Of a DNA stretch of 64,000 nt, positions 38,736-52,500 are shown in pieces (the first letter of the stretch is position 1; each line of letters opens with the position of its first letter). A program made the position numbers and the translations under genes. The stretch spans positions 98,332,001 through 98,396,000 of the forward strand of contig NC_042998.1 of assembly GCF_006345805.1 (NCBI RefSeq), read 5' to 3'. This DNA is from Octopus sinensis. Its lineage: Eukaryota. A model generated the notes under the pieces. The model ran no database searches and was not told where the DNA came from. It saw only the letters and a program-made list of their open reading frames with translations.

Positions 38736-38990
38736 TCATCATTTAACGTCCATTTTCCATGTTAACATGGGTTGGATGGTTTGACTAAGAAAAGGTAAGT
38801 CAAGGAACCTCCCCAGGTTCCAATCTGATTTAGCCTGGTTTCTATGGCTGGATTCCCTTATGCCAACCACTCCAAGAGTGTAGTAGGTGCCTTGTACATG
38901 CCATCAGCACAGGTGCCAGTTACGTGACACTGGCGTCAGCCACAACTATGACCTTACTTCACTTGACAGGTCTTCTCAAGTATGGTATAT
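38736..38990 (-). mobile_element. RTE 3'UTR/tail fragment
   Basis: catcatttaacgtccattttccatgttaacatgggttgg tail; body shared with 50413-50650. Confidence 0.8.
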
Positions 38991-39149
38991 CACCCAGTTT
39001 TTGTTGATATTAAACCATTTAGCCCATAACAAAAATATTAAGATATGATGTTTGTGATGTTATGAAATATCTTAAAATTGATTCTCCTGTTCACTAGAGT
39101 AAAACAGATTGATCAGTCAAATAGAATTTTATCAAAATATTAATTCTCT

Positions 39150-39369
39150 TTTACTCTCTTGCTTGTTTCAGTCATTTGACTGTGGCCATGCTGGAGCACC
39201 GCCTCTAGTCGAGCAAATCGACCCTAGAACTTATTCTTTCTAAGCTTAGTACTTATTCTGTCGGTCTCTTTTGCCGAACTGCTAAGTTACAGGGACGTAA
39301 ACACACCAGCATCAGTTGTCAAGTGATGTTGGGGTGTACAAACACAGACACACAAACATATACACACAC

Positions 39370-39412
<43 letters not shown>

Positions 39413-39577
39413 TACAACAGTCTTTTTTCAGTTTCCGTCTACCAAATTCACTCACAAGGCTTTGGTCGGCCAGAGGCTATAGTAGAAGACACTTGCCCAA
39501 GGTGCTACACAGTGGGACTGAACCCGAAACCGTGTGGTTCGTAAGCAAGCTACTTACCACACAGCCACTCCTACGCC
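39150..39577 (-). mobile_element. Full-length tRNA-derived SINE, family S2, with internal (CA)/(TA) microsatellite
   Basis: Head (reverse complement) GGCGTAGGAGTGGCTGTGTGG...GGTTCAGTCCC, CORE-like caccttgggcaagtg and a 3' stem-loop. Fragments at about 4370-4500, 35057-35181 and 37750-37880. Confidence 0.88.
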
Positions 39578-39817
39578 TATGTAAAACATCATACTCTTGT
39601 GAATGAAATGTGGTACGATTTGATAGAAGAAACGCTGCAGGGCAGTGGTATTGAACCTCAGGTAAACTTATTACAAAGCAAATTTTCTTAATCACATGAC
39701 CCAAGTTCAGTATAATATGGTGAGGTAAATATAACTGACAACAGCAGTGCCCCAACATGGCTGGTGGGTTCAAATAGCTAGAAAAACACCTACGCCAATG
39801 GTTGCCTGTTTGTTTAA

Positions 39818-40021
39818 TCTATCAGCATTCAGATTACTCTGTCAAATGTATTGCTTATCAATTCACATTGGTTTGAATTAATCATACATTATCTCGTAGC
39901 TTTGAGATTTCAATGATGTGGTTGTTTATTTTTAGAATAAAGTGTAGAGACTGGATCTGGCCAGCTTGGACATAAAGCAGTATATTTGGGTTGGATATGG
40001 CCAGTTTAAAAGCTGAAGAGT
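39818..40021 (+). mobile_element. About 204-bp MITE flanked by TTAA (piggyBac-type ends, decayed)
   Basis: TTAA at 39814-39817 and 40022-40025; second copy in the opposite orientation at 28091-28286. Confidence 0.55.
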
Positions 40022-40886
40022 TTAAGGGAGTTTTGGCCCTCTGAACACTGAGAGAAGGTTATCTTCAATCTGAAAGTTGAGGCAGATTTTCAAGTGAATC
40101 TCTAGCAGTTCTGTAATTCATATCAATTTTAACAAAGGCATTTTACAACAAGATATAATTTTTTGGATGGATTATTTTTCTGCAATAAATCATCCGTTTA
40201 AAAGAAATAAAGCACCAATAGCTACACATTCATCATCATCCTTTAATGTCTGTTTTCCATGCTGACATTTTTATATAATTCACTTAATATTTTAAAAATA
40301 TTAAATGTATGTCTATAAATAGTAAAATAAGATAATAATTCTGGATATCTTTCCATTGAAGTATGACTCAGCTTTTCCTCATGAGATTTCTGTTTGATCT
40401 ATTTTAGATTGCCCCCACTTCTCATGATAGTACCTTGAATTTATTTTAGAAACAATCTACTTTTTAAGATAACACTGTTAGGTCACATGGGGTAGTGACA
40501 ATTATAATGATGAGGACCCGTGTGCTTTTAGAACATATTGACATAAATCAAAAGAAATAAATGATCAATTATTAACTCAAAGTAGGGAAGAAACAAAAAA
40601 AGTAAATGTTTTACCATTCTCATATGTTAGATAAATATCATCACATGGTGTCTGATGTCTTTACTGAAGAAAGATCAAAAACAGGTTGTAACTGATCATC
40701 CTTTCTCTGTAATAGTGTTGGTAATAATTATAATTTCTTAAAAATACGTAAGGCCACAAATTGGGTTGGGATGGAACAATTATATCAATTTTAGCCTTAG
40801 TAGTATTTGAACTTAGAATGTAAATGACTGTTATTAAATACTGTGAAATATTTTGTTCAACACTAACTATTCCACTGTCCTTTATA

Positions 40887-41220
40887 TAATGGTTTCAAAT
40901 TTTGGCACAAGACCAGCAGAGAGGTTTAAGTCGATTATATCAACTCCAGTGTTTTACTGGTACTTATTTTATCAACCCTGAAATGATGAAGGGCAAAGTC
41001 ATCCTCGGTGGAATTTCAGCTCAGAATGTAAAGATGAACAAAATGTCAATAACCATTTTGAGGGAAGGCTTTAGTTGACACCATCGGGCCCCAGTATTTT
41101 GATGTGTACTTGATTTTATTGGCCCCCAGAATGATGAAAGGCAGAGTTGACCTCAATGGGATTTGAGCTCAGAATATAAAGGACCAGAAAAAAATACTGC
41201 AAGGCATTTTGTCCGATGCT
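40887..41220 (-). mobile_element. Two tandem SINE S1 copies
   Basis: The S1 core (gatgaa.ggcaaagt..cctc..tgg.attt.agctcagaat) occurs at about 40980 and about 41135. Confidence 0.8.
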
Positions 41221-41803
41221 TTTTTAGTCTATTATATAAGGTGTTTATATAATAGTCTATTATTTTACTAACTTTAAATAGTAGTAGTAGTGATTTTTTT
41301 TTTTTTTAAATGATACATTTTTAAGGATGAATATATTCACCTGAATTAACCCCAATATTTTACTTGTGTTTATTGACCTTGGGGCGATGACAGATACAGT
41401 CAGTTTTGATGGAATCTGAACCAAGTACATTGAGGGATGTAAATATTAGGTACTTAGTTTGACATTCTACTGCCAAAGCAATAAAATATTCTTTTGTCTA
41501 AGCTTAAAAGAGAACAACAACCAGGAGAGTTGCAACACTTTAGGCGTTAACTTTTTCGATGATAACAATATCTTCACTGACGTTAAAGAATAGAGATTTT
41601 AAAGCTGGTGTTTAGTACCAGTCTTAATAGTGTTTGAAATAAATGTGTCTCTGGATATGACCCTGGATACGCTATCCCCAGTATTTCAATAACCAATGTT
41701 GTCTTCATAATAGTAGTAATGATAATAATAAAAATATGATGATGATATTTCATGACAGTAAAACTGTTGTTTTCTACACTGAAATAATTTTGGTATTTGT
41801 CTG

Positions 41804-41844
41804 GAATTCAACAGTGTTGAATTCAACAGTGTTGAATTCAACAG
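41804..41844. repeat. 15-bp tandem repeat gaattcaacagtgtt, 2.7 copies
   Basis: Read directly. Confidence 0.9.
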
Positions 41845-41889
41845 AACTCGGGTTGAGTGCTTCTTGGGAAATACTCTACCTTTATAACC

Positions 41890-42876
41890 CTACCAGGACC
41901 TAAGATATATTCAGGTAGGTCGCCCTACTCGATCTGTAGAAAAGGTATAGGTAGAACTCCATAAGATGTACCCAGTGTAGGCTATAGACACATAAGAGGT
42001 GCAGCAGTATTAAAGGAAGGTTAACAGGGAAGATAGTTTTTGTGTGTGGAAGGTGCACATGTACAATAAACACCAAAAATGTACAGAAAATAGATTCCAT
42101 CACATGCCAGCAGGGAAAACTAGAAGTAGTTCATAGCTTCTATTACCTAGGTGATCAAATCAGTAACTGGGTTAGATGCTCTGAGAGTGTAGCTGCTAGA
42201 ATAAGAATAAGCTGGGTAAATTTCAGAGGGCTTCTACCTCTGCTGGTAACAAGGGCTCTCTTGCTCAGAATGAAAGGCAGACTGTGGAACATGGGCTGTG
42301 ACTGCTGAGGACATGCATAGGCTTCAAAGAAATGAAGCTAGTGTGCTCCACTGAATATGAGTGTCCTGAGAGAAAAGTTGCAGATATGAAGCATCAGATG
42401 TGGTGTGCAAGAGAGACGACAGTGCTGGTATGATCATGTGATGCATATGGATGAGGACAGCTGAGTGAGGAAGTGTCGCACTCTGATGGTAGAGAGAATC
42501 TGTGGAAGAAGTAAACTCAGGAAGACATGAGATGAGATGGTGAAGCACAATTTTCGAATGTTGGCCTCACAGAAGCAATGAGTGACCGAGACCTTTGGAG
42601 ATATGTTGTGCTTGAGAAAACCCGTCAAGCCAAATGTGATCGTAGTCCTGGCTGATGCTAGTGTTGTGTAGTTGGCCTGTTGAAAGCACCCTTCATTCAT
42701 TGGGCAATATGCTGTGCTTGTGAAGACCTGTCGATCCAAGTGAAATCGTAGTCATGGCTGATGCCAATGTCATCTAGCTTCTACCTGTGCAGTGGAGTGT
42801 AAAAAGCACTGTTCAAGTATTGGGCCTCATGGAGGTAGTGGTGTTGAACCAAGTGAGATTGTAGTTGTGGCTGATG
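41890..42876 (+). mobile_element. 5'-truncated RTE-clade LINE with repetitive 3'UTR
   Basis: Same ORF pieces as 9859-10620 (RCTQCR..THKRCS, LEVVHSFYYLG, RIRISWVNFR). The 3'UTR repeats aagtgagatcgtagtc.tggctgatg. Confidence 0.9.
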
Positions 42877-42878
42877 TG

Positions 42879-42915
<37 letters not shown>

Positions 42916-42930
42916 GTGTGTGTGTGTGTG
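42875..42930. repeat. Compound (TA)n(CA)n(GT)n microsatellite
   Basis: Read directly. Confidence 0.92.
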
Positions 42931-43835
42931 GATAAACTTGCAGAAGATAAGCACTCAGTAACATTAGTGCTTACTGTTCACTATTTAATTTCCTTAGCTA
43001 TTTCACTATTTCTATTTTAGTAATTAATACAGGTGTTAGAAAACTTGTTAATTATGCCTGCTATTTTAAATTCTGATCAAAAGTAATAAATCTCATCTGA
43101 TAATTGTGACAGTGCCCTCATTAATATTGTATTCCCCTAAATACATGTGATGCTTAAAATGAGGGGACACTTAGAATGTTATCTGCTTTCTAAAGCAGTT
43201 TTATTAATTGGAATAAATTGAAAAAAATGTGTGATAAGGAAAAGGGAAAGTTTTCTAGACAGATAACTTACTGACATTTAAGAAACAGACTTTGAAACTT
43301 CTCTTAAATGAAGCAAGATAATGTCTGCCAGTTCAATTCTCTTGTTTTGCCACACAGAAAATTTAAGTTGCAATTTCATAAAATTCTGTATTTTTGTAAA
43401 TGTTTAATTTATTCATCTTTTATCTGTACATATAATCCTTAAAAAAAAATTTTTTTTAATGGTTGTGCAATAAGCCAATGATATAACTATTAAAATATTC
43501 CATTACATGTTCATGACGTAACTGTTAGTCATAGCTAATTCTGTGTTATCTTCAAAATCTCATTCACATATGAGCATGTGAGAAGAGAGCATATGTAGTA
43601 TATAGGACATACTATTATACCGGCTACAGGCCTTCGGTTTTTTACAGCTGATATGCTATCACTCTCTGTTACTACCTGATTGTTTTATGTACCTTTCTTT
43701 TTTATACTTCCACTAAACAGTGCTATTTGGTCAAATTGAAATATGCTAACACTTTTTCTTGTCCCTCAACACATGCTATTTGCCAAGATTGACCCTTTGA
43801 ACATTTTTGAATACTGTCCATCACTCTCTATCCAG

Positions 43836-43994
43836 GTAATCGACATTGGAGAAAATGTCATTGTACCAGATGACTTTACAGAAAAAGAGCTACAGTCAGG
43901 CATGTGGTGGCGTTACCTCGTTGCAGGAGGCACTGCTGGAGCTGTTTCAAGAACGTGTACTGCACCCCTTGACAGACTAAAAGTTCTTCAACAG
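43836..43994 (+). CDS. SLC25A25: SCaMC exon 5 (159 nt; linker, helix 1, signature PLDRLK)
   Basis: Acceptor ctctatccag|, donor CAG|gtaata. [53 protein letters not shown] contains the Px[DE]xx[KR] carrier motif. Confidence 0.97.
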
Positions 43995-44171
43995 GTAATA
44001 ACCGTCTTGAAAGTGTGTTTCAGTATTTCTTAGTGTTTTCTTTGTTACATTTATTAATACTTCTCAAGTAAAATATCCCTGTTGTTCTAGTACATTCATA
44101 CTCACTCATTCATTTGCTGTTGCTTCATTTTTTTTTTTTTTTTTCATTTTTACTGTCTTTTAATTGATTAA

Positions 44172-44453
<282 letters not shown>

Positions 44454-46217
44454 TAAAATTATATTTATATATTCTGTCTTTAAATAGCTTACCTTTTTTC
44501 CCTATCTGTTTTGATCCAGACTTATGCTTGTTTCATTAAATGCTACAATTATACATTATATCCAACATTTAATTAATGTAATTCATTGCCAGCTATATGA
44601 TTATTTTATTAGAACTATAAGTATGTAACTGAAAATAACATTGTCTTATAATGATTTGTTCCCTCTAATTCCTTTCAAATTGTTCATTTTTTTTGTCTAT
44701 TTTCAATATTTTATTATTAGAAAAGGGCGGAATATTCTTACAAACATTTCTGATGATAAAGATTAGCAGCTTTTGGGGGAGTGGGGGGGGGGTTCTATGG
44801 TAGTAGTAGAACTGAATTTCTATCATTTATCATTTTTTTTTTAAATGGAAAGCTAAAATAAACTTTCAGATGTGATCTGAAGACAAGACTATTTAGTTAA
44901 ATAACTTGTTTTACTTTTACTACAAGTAGAAATACAAACATTATGTACATAATATACAATTTTGAAATGATTTGTGTGATTCAACTGAAGTCTTATGTTG
45001 AGTAAAGAGAGAGATGGTGAGTTAATGATAATTGAAGAAAACAAAACACTTCCTTAGATTAAGCATAACTGTGTTAACAAGAATTTACCAATTTTGTGAA
45101 AATCTGTTGATTTTGTTTATAATATAGAACAGTCATGAGCAAACTATGGCCTGCAGGACTTTCTGAATAACATGCCTAACAAAAAATTGCATTGAAATTT
45201 TTTTTAGAAGTTTGGCCCACCTGATGATGACCTGTGTCTCATGTGGCCTGCTTCTTGAGAAACACACAGCAAGGTGTAACAAGAATGTGTTTGAATTTGA
45301 ATCACTTTAGTTTTGATGCTGTAAAATACTCTACTTACGTTTTATATGAAAACCATAATGAATAGTGAACACAGAAAGTTGCTTTTGTTTCCATATACTA
45401 GTATAAATTTGAATTTGGTAATGATAAAAGTAGGACTGTTTTCTGTGATCTTTCAGAATTTCTTGTTTCCAGTCTATCTTGTGTATAAAGCTTTTTAAAA
45501 TATAATGGTTGAATTCAGTAGTTGTCATTACAGGCTTATTTATAAAGGGGTGGGACTTGAAATTTACTTTATTTCATCTTGTGTTTTTGTTTTGCTGAAT
45601 GGCTGTTCCATATTGCTAAACTGTGTAAGATGCTTTAAGTTTCTTCGGATTTCTTTAAAATGCTATTTTAGGGGGCATTTTCATGCATATTTGTTTTAGT
45701 TTTCACTGGTTCTAGAAATTTACTAAGCTTCTCTGTGTCTGAATGTTGATTAAATTTTGGGTTTTTAAAAAAAATATTATACAGTAACTAAAGCAAAGAT
45801 AAGGACCAGCATGGAAAAATATTCCAGGAAATATTTAATGCAAGCATCTAGATTAATAGTTACTGGAGAAATATTTACCTACTTAATGTCTTTTAGCAAA
45901 ATATTACTAAGTTACAATAAACTTGATTTGACTAGGAGTATTTTGTTCCTTGTTTTTCAAATTTGAAGCTTTGTACATCCTAACAATTTTATAAAACATT
46001 GGTTGAATTTGTTTATCTGATCTATATTTGCACTGAACTTACAGTATTTAATTCAATACATATATTTAATCATTAGCTTTTGAATAAAGCAAAATAATTT
46101 CCCAAATTTTATGTTTACAAGAATATATCTTTTTAAAATTATTAATCCTTTCTGGCTGTACTCCCTGTGTGTTTGTTAACTTTGAAAATAATTAAAAATA
46201 TAACAAAATTTAGTTAA

Positions 46218-47955
46218 GTAATTGACTTTCATTATTCAGCTGGTGTTTGGAACGTATGTTCTTACATAGAATTTGATGGAACATGTAAATTTCACTATGA
46301 ACACTTAACAGTTTTAGAATTTATATAACAGAACTTGAAGCAATCTCGTGCAAGTTGGTATCTTAAAGAAATCCTGTCTTTGCTAAACTAAGTCTTTAAT
46401 TGTGAATATTTGATAGAAACAATATCTCACAAAATGATTGGTTTAGTTACTCCTTGTAATATTTCTGCCTTTGGAGATTTTCTTGGCTGTGGATTTTGTT
46501 CCGTAATTAATTTGATAGTAGTATTCAGTTAATGTATTTTGATAAATGTTGCAATAATGTTCACTTTCATATTATCAATCAACATCATAATTTTAACATT
46601 TGCTTTGCTTTGCTTTGTTGTTCAAGGTTGGAGGATTGGCTGTACAGTATCATGTCATATATCTTAATTCTATGTCATCTCATCTTAGTTTTGATGTTAC
46701 TACTTCTTCCCATACCATTTTTGGTTTACTTCCACTGACTATGTCCAGTGAATTTCTTTTGCCTACATCATTCAAATTGCATGTAAAATATTTTTCCTGC
46801 ATATGCTAGCCCAGTGTCTTTGGTACTTTATCATTCAAGCTTAACTTTTCTTATAAGTTAGCTATATATATCCATTGGCCTACATTCATTTATTTCCTCT
46901 CTAATCACAGCACATCATTTACATCTATGACTCTTCTTTATTGCTAAACAATATCATACTTCACACATAATTTAGAGAATTGTTGTAGCTACTGTTTCCT
47001 GTAGATGTAGTACTTAAAATTTCTTCCTTCTCTCTTGAACCTAGTCTAGCCACAATACAATCATTAGCTAATTGAACCATCTAAATAATAGAACATACCT
47101 ACATGTAGTTCATGACTTTTTTCTCAGTAGTTCATGACTTATTTCACTAGAGGTAAGTTCTGCACAATTAGTAACTAGAGATAAGTAGCACAAATTAGGT
47201 AATAAAGCTAGTGATTGCATTGTAGCTAGGATTCAATGTCATTTTGGTATAAGTTTCAGTTAACTTTCTTATTTATCCACTGTTTGTACTGACTACACAC
47301 AACTGAGTCTGCTTTAATGCTTATTTACAGATCAAGGTCATTTCTCTTATACTATTGTAACTACTACTAACTATAACTAGTCCACTTTGAGAGGTTTTTT
47401 TTTCTTTCTTTTTACTCAAGTCTCTTCTAGATTTTTAATGTTTGTAATTGACTTTCATTATTCAGCTGGTGTTTGGAATGTATGTTTTTACATAGAATTT
47501 GATGGAACATGTAAATTTCACTATGAACACTTAAAAATTTTAGAATTTATATCACAGAACTTGAGGCAATCTCATGCAAGTTGGTATCTTAAAGAAATCC
47601 TGTCTTTGCTAAACTGTCTTTAATTTTGAATATTTGATAGCAACAATATCTCACAATATGATTGGTTTAGTTACTCCCTGTAATATTTCTGTCTTTGGAG
47701 ATTTTCTGGGCTGTGGATCTTGTTCTGTAATTAATTTGATAGTAGTATTCAGTTAATGTATTTTGATAAATACATTTTTTATTTATCCACTGTTTGTACT
47801 GACTACACACAACTGAGTCTGCTTTGATGCTTACTTACAGATCAAGGTCATTTCTCTTATACTATTGTAACTACTACTAACTATAACTCGTCCACTTTGA
47901 GAGATTTTTTTCTCTTTTTACTCAAGTCTCTTCTAGATTTTTAATGTTTGTAATT
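46218..47955. repeat. Local duplication A-X-B-A'-B'
   Basis: A 46218-46547 matches A' 47444-47771; B 47269-47449 matches B' 47779-47955. Both pairs show scattered substitutions. Confidence 0.93.
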
Positions 47956-48179
47956 CTCTGATAGATTTTGCAATGAAGGTCCAACAAAATTAGCTAGAGT
48001 AATATTTTTACATAACACTGAACAATTTCTTCTCTTCCACATCAAGAACAATTACATTAATTATTGCTCTTCACTGCATTTTTAAATATTGTCTTTGCAA
48101 GCCAATTATCCAGCCATTCTTATTTTAAGTACTTGTTCTGTAAAAGTTCTACAAATATTAACATTTGATCATCATAATA

Positions 48180-48360
48180 ATATTGTACTGCCAATGGATT
48201 ACTAATTGTTGTGTGTCTTCTGCATCTATTACCCAAGTTTTATTATCATACAGCATTACATTTATTAATAACATTTTGTATTGTTGTCCTAACAGAGAGA
48301 GAGAGAAAGGAAAGCTTCTTGTTGCCAGCTCATTTGATGGTGGTGTTGATTTTTCTGTCA
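48180..48360 (-). mobile_element. Very old RTE fragment
   Basis: Minus strand MLYDNKTWVIDAEDTQQL resembles the MLHGSETWAVT segment of the other RTE copies. Confidence 0.45.
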
Positions 48361-49367
48361 TGGAGTAGATCAGATTTGTTTATTTGTGGTACCAGCAGTA
48401 GAGAAATTGTTTTTCCTTTGTGCTATATATAATCCTATAAAGAAAATATTTGTATCATTGTGAAATATATTCTTTAAAATATGTTTAACACTATTAATGA
48501 GTCTTGAGTATAAATCTTCAGTTCCTTTGTGGGTTACATAGATCTTAAAATACCATTTTCTCTATTTGTATAGTTTGATTTATTTTAAAGTTGAAAAATC
48601 CAAGAAGTGTGAAGGAACTCATATACACATCTCAATACAAATGACTAGACATTTTGGGTGCAAGAAAGATAAGAAATAACCCAGTCTCTCTCTCTCTCCC
48701 CTCTCTCCTTCCCCACTGTCTCTGTTTTTCTTCTGATGAGACTTTCATTCAAATAATTTCATTTTATTTCTCCTTATTTTTTTATGGAGAAGAAACTAAT
48801 TTACTGTGATTATAAAAAACACTGTGGATATGAAAAATATAACAGCTTTCACAGAAGGGAAATCTCTAACTATATTTTACTTTATCTATAATAATGTCTC
48901 ATTTATTTATCCATTTTATATTACTCATTTTCTCTTCTTCACCGTAAACAATTATTACACATATTCTAACAATTTCATATATAATTAATCTATTACTTAA
49001 CTGAGTAAGATATAGAGTATGTATTTCTTTTGATTTAAAAAAAAAAAAGGTTTCCATTATAGATTATTGAACTGCATATTTATTCCATTAATATACTTCA
49101 GAATGCTAGAATTGATGCAGTTCTTAGTACAAACTGTTTCTGGAGAATTTTTGTTACGAACATTGAAAGTTTTCATTTTATTTATGGCTGTTTATTAACA
49201 AATTTTTTAAAACTGAAATCAATACGATCTATTAACACCTGATGAATTATTGAATTCTTGTTGCTAATACTAACATTTCTAATCTAATAGTTCTCAAAGA
49301 TTTCTATGATCTATAACATTCAGGTTTCATTATACATCAGAACTAGTACAGTGGGTTGACAGATTTA

Positions 49368-49992
49368 AATAATAATAATAATAATAATAATAATAATTGT
49401 GTACAGTGCTCAGGTGCACTACAACTCATCTAAAGTGTATATATAATCAGGTGTAGTTTCGGCGGATTTCGGAAAGCATGAGGGCCTTAAAAGATGCAGT
49501 GTCATGGCAGTCAACAACTGACGCAGGCAGTTTATTCCATGCTTCAGCAACTCTGAGCGTGAAAAAATGTTTCCGAAAGTCATGGGAGCTGTATTGTTTT
49601 CTGACTTTGTAGGCATGTCCACGTGTGTTAGACACATGGAGATCAAAAAGGTGTTCAGTGTTGTTGTTGGTGAGGTGGTTGATAACTTTGTGGGTGTTTA
49701 CCAAGTCCGTCGCCAAACGCCGGAGCTTCAGTGAATCCATGCCCAGGGAAACAAGGCGCTCAGAATATGGTAGGTGTCTGATGGAGGGTATGCGTTTGGT
49801 TGCACGTCTCTGGACAGATTCCAGGAGGTCAATGTTCTGTGCAAGATAGGGGTTCCAAACTGATGATGCGAATTCCAAGTGTGGTCGTACCATAGCTGTA
49901 TACAGTTTTAAATAGATGGCTGGAGAGCGGCTAACAAAAGACCTGCTGAGTGATGCCAAGACACCCTCGGCCTTCTGAGCAAGCTTGACCAT
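49368..49992 (-). mobile_element. 5'-truncated CR1-clade LINE with uninterrupted RT C-terminus and (ATT)n tail
   Basis: ORF 49447-49992 has LYTAMVRPHLEFASSVWNPY, LESVQRRATK, LPYSERL, TRGH and FFTLRVAEAWNKLP; (AAT)n at 49368-49397. Confidence 0.93.
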
Positions 49993-50412
49993 TATTTTAC
50001 TGCTTTAACAACTGGGTTGATGTAAGAACTTCAATGTTTACTCAGCTGGATTGTAGATACATACATGTACTGGTTGTGAAAACAGACATGGAAATGGAAA
50101 ATGAATGGCATATTTCTCTTGAAAATCAGAACTTCATGCATAGAAAACCACAGAATCATTTAGAGGTATCCCTACTGTCAGTTACAATGTGTCTTTAGTA
50201 TACAATATTTCACCACATAGAAATTAATAGATGGGCTATGTACAATACAGAAAAATAGACGCATATTATGTTTATTAGTTGAGCATGAACCACTACAGGA
50301 ATTATCAAAAAAATACAAGAATATATAAAACTGATACAATAAAAGAATACATAAAATTGTTCTTGGTTATGAAAATAGGATGCAGTCAATTACCCGAGTA
50401 ACATCATTATTA

Positions 50413-50650
50413 TCATCATCATCATCATCATTTAACATCCGTTTTCTATACTGGCATGGGTTGGATGGTTTGATTGAAAACTGGTAAGCTGGGGCAATCT
50501 GATTTGGCATGGTTTCTGGATGCTCTTCCTAATGCCAACCACTCTAAGAGTGTAGTGGGTGCTTTTACGTGCCAGTTACGAGACACTGGTATCAGCCGTG
50601 ACTATTATCTCACTTGACAGGTCTTCTCAAGCATAGTATATTACCAAAGG
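50413..50650 (-). mobile_element. RTE 3'UTR/tail fragment
   Basis: (TCA)n tttaacatccgttttc...ggcatgggttggatgg; homologous to 38736-38990. Confidence 0.8.
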
Positions 50651-52369
50651 CCTTGGTCACTTAGTCGCTACCTCCCTTGCTTGTAATTACCAAATGAAAA
50701 ACTACATAAAACTTTACATACAAAGCTACATTTTCAATATATAAGGTAAATTGTTTCATATCTATTAATATTTGTATCTTTGAATAATGACATTAATCAA
50801 ATATGTTATCTCCTTGTACTGAAACATCTGTCACCAAATGGGTTAGTCCCAAAAGGGCTTGCTCAGTTATCTCTTTCTGTGAGTTCAATGTACTGAATTT
50901 TTAAAAAAAATGCTGTGTATATAGGGAAATAATTCAGCAATTTGATTTACATAAAAATGTATTCTATGGTGTATTGAAGAATCAAATATTAGCAATATTT
51001 GATATTTGCTGATGATAGCATAATAATTACTTTGAGTAAGTAATGGATAATTGATTGAAACTGCTGTATATTGTAGGTGCTACATTAACCCTTTTAGTTA
51101 CTTCCCAAGTGTCTAAATTGAATACAAAAAATAGTAAACTCAAATGAGCAAAATATAAATTAAAAATACAGTTTTAAGTAATTACCATAAGAGATGTGAA
51201 TACATTGTGTGTTTTTCTGCAAATATCATTATTCTTTATTCTTTCAAGGCTATTTGTGCACTTTTCTTTGTAGTTGTTTTAATGTAGGTAAGAAATAGCT
51301 GAAATAATAGCTTTTTAATAAAAAGAACTTGTTGGCTTTGTCTAAAGTGTAATACTTTAGTTTGGTACTTATTATTCACACACATGCACACACAACATTG
51401 TGTATTTTGATTTGTGTCTAGATATATTGAAAATGTATGTATTATTATTTTCTTCATAAATGTACGCGCGTGGAATAATATAAACCCAATTTTGATATTG
51501 TCTATATGTTACCTTAATTATTTTCTGGAAATTTTATTAATAAAAAAAAAAATCCCAAGGGGATGGGTAAGGAAGTTAACATTCAGCTTGAACTTATGTA
51601 GAGTGAGGGTTAAAGAAAAGGCATGAATAGTGATTGAATTCCAGAGGGTTGTTGTTTTGAGAAGGGAGGATTCGTCGAAGTGTTTTGTATGGTGTTTGAG
51701 AAGTGATTGAAATAGGTATAATAAGAAGAGGAAAGGAAAATGCATAAAGACAATGTAAGCAACGTCCTGTCTAGTCAGTATATAGAAGCAATTTATTTTA
51801 CCTGAAATAATGATATTCAAATAACTCTAATCTATAGAAAAATTATACAATTTGATGATTGAATTTATTTATACCACTTTTATGTTTGAAAATATTGATG
51901 CAAGCATAATCATTATCACTAGTAATGCCATCAGTGCTGGCATTACTAGTTTTCATAATCAGTTTTTAAAATTTTTTTTATACACATTTGAATCCTCTAA
52001 AACTTCTTATCTTAAAAAGAAGGAAAACAATTTCTGTGATAGGTAACTAATCAATATGATGTCATTTTTGTTGTCTCAGTAAGACCACTAGTACATATAC
52101 ATTCTGATGTGGTAAAAAAGCTAAATTTCTAACTTCAAACTTGTTAAATGTTTTCAAGTTTCAAACTTGTTAACAAATGTTAGCTCCAATGTTCTTAAAT
52201 TAAAAATATTTCAATATTTATCAATGACTTTTTGAGGAGCAATGAAAGTTAATGGGCAGATTTAATTTCCATGTTTACAAAATAGTGCCTTATTTTACTT
52301 TTCAAGGCTTGAAGCACACCAACATGTAGCATAGAATTTATTTGTGCAAATGCATACCAGCATTTAATA

Positions 52370-52500
52370 TTAATTTAATATGGTGAGGTTGACTTTGCCT
52401 GTCTTCCTTTCGGGGTTGACAAAAAAATTCCTGGTGAACACTGGGGATCAGTATAATTGACTAAACACCTCCCCCCAAATTTTCTGGTCTTGTGTCAGAA
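52370..52500 (+). mobile_element. SINE S1 fragment
   Basis: gaggttgactttgcctgtcttcctttcggggttgac core. Confidence 0.7.
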
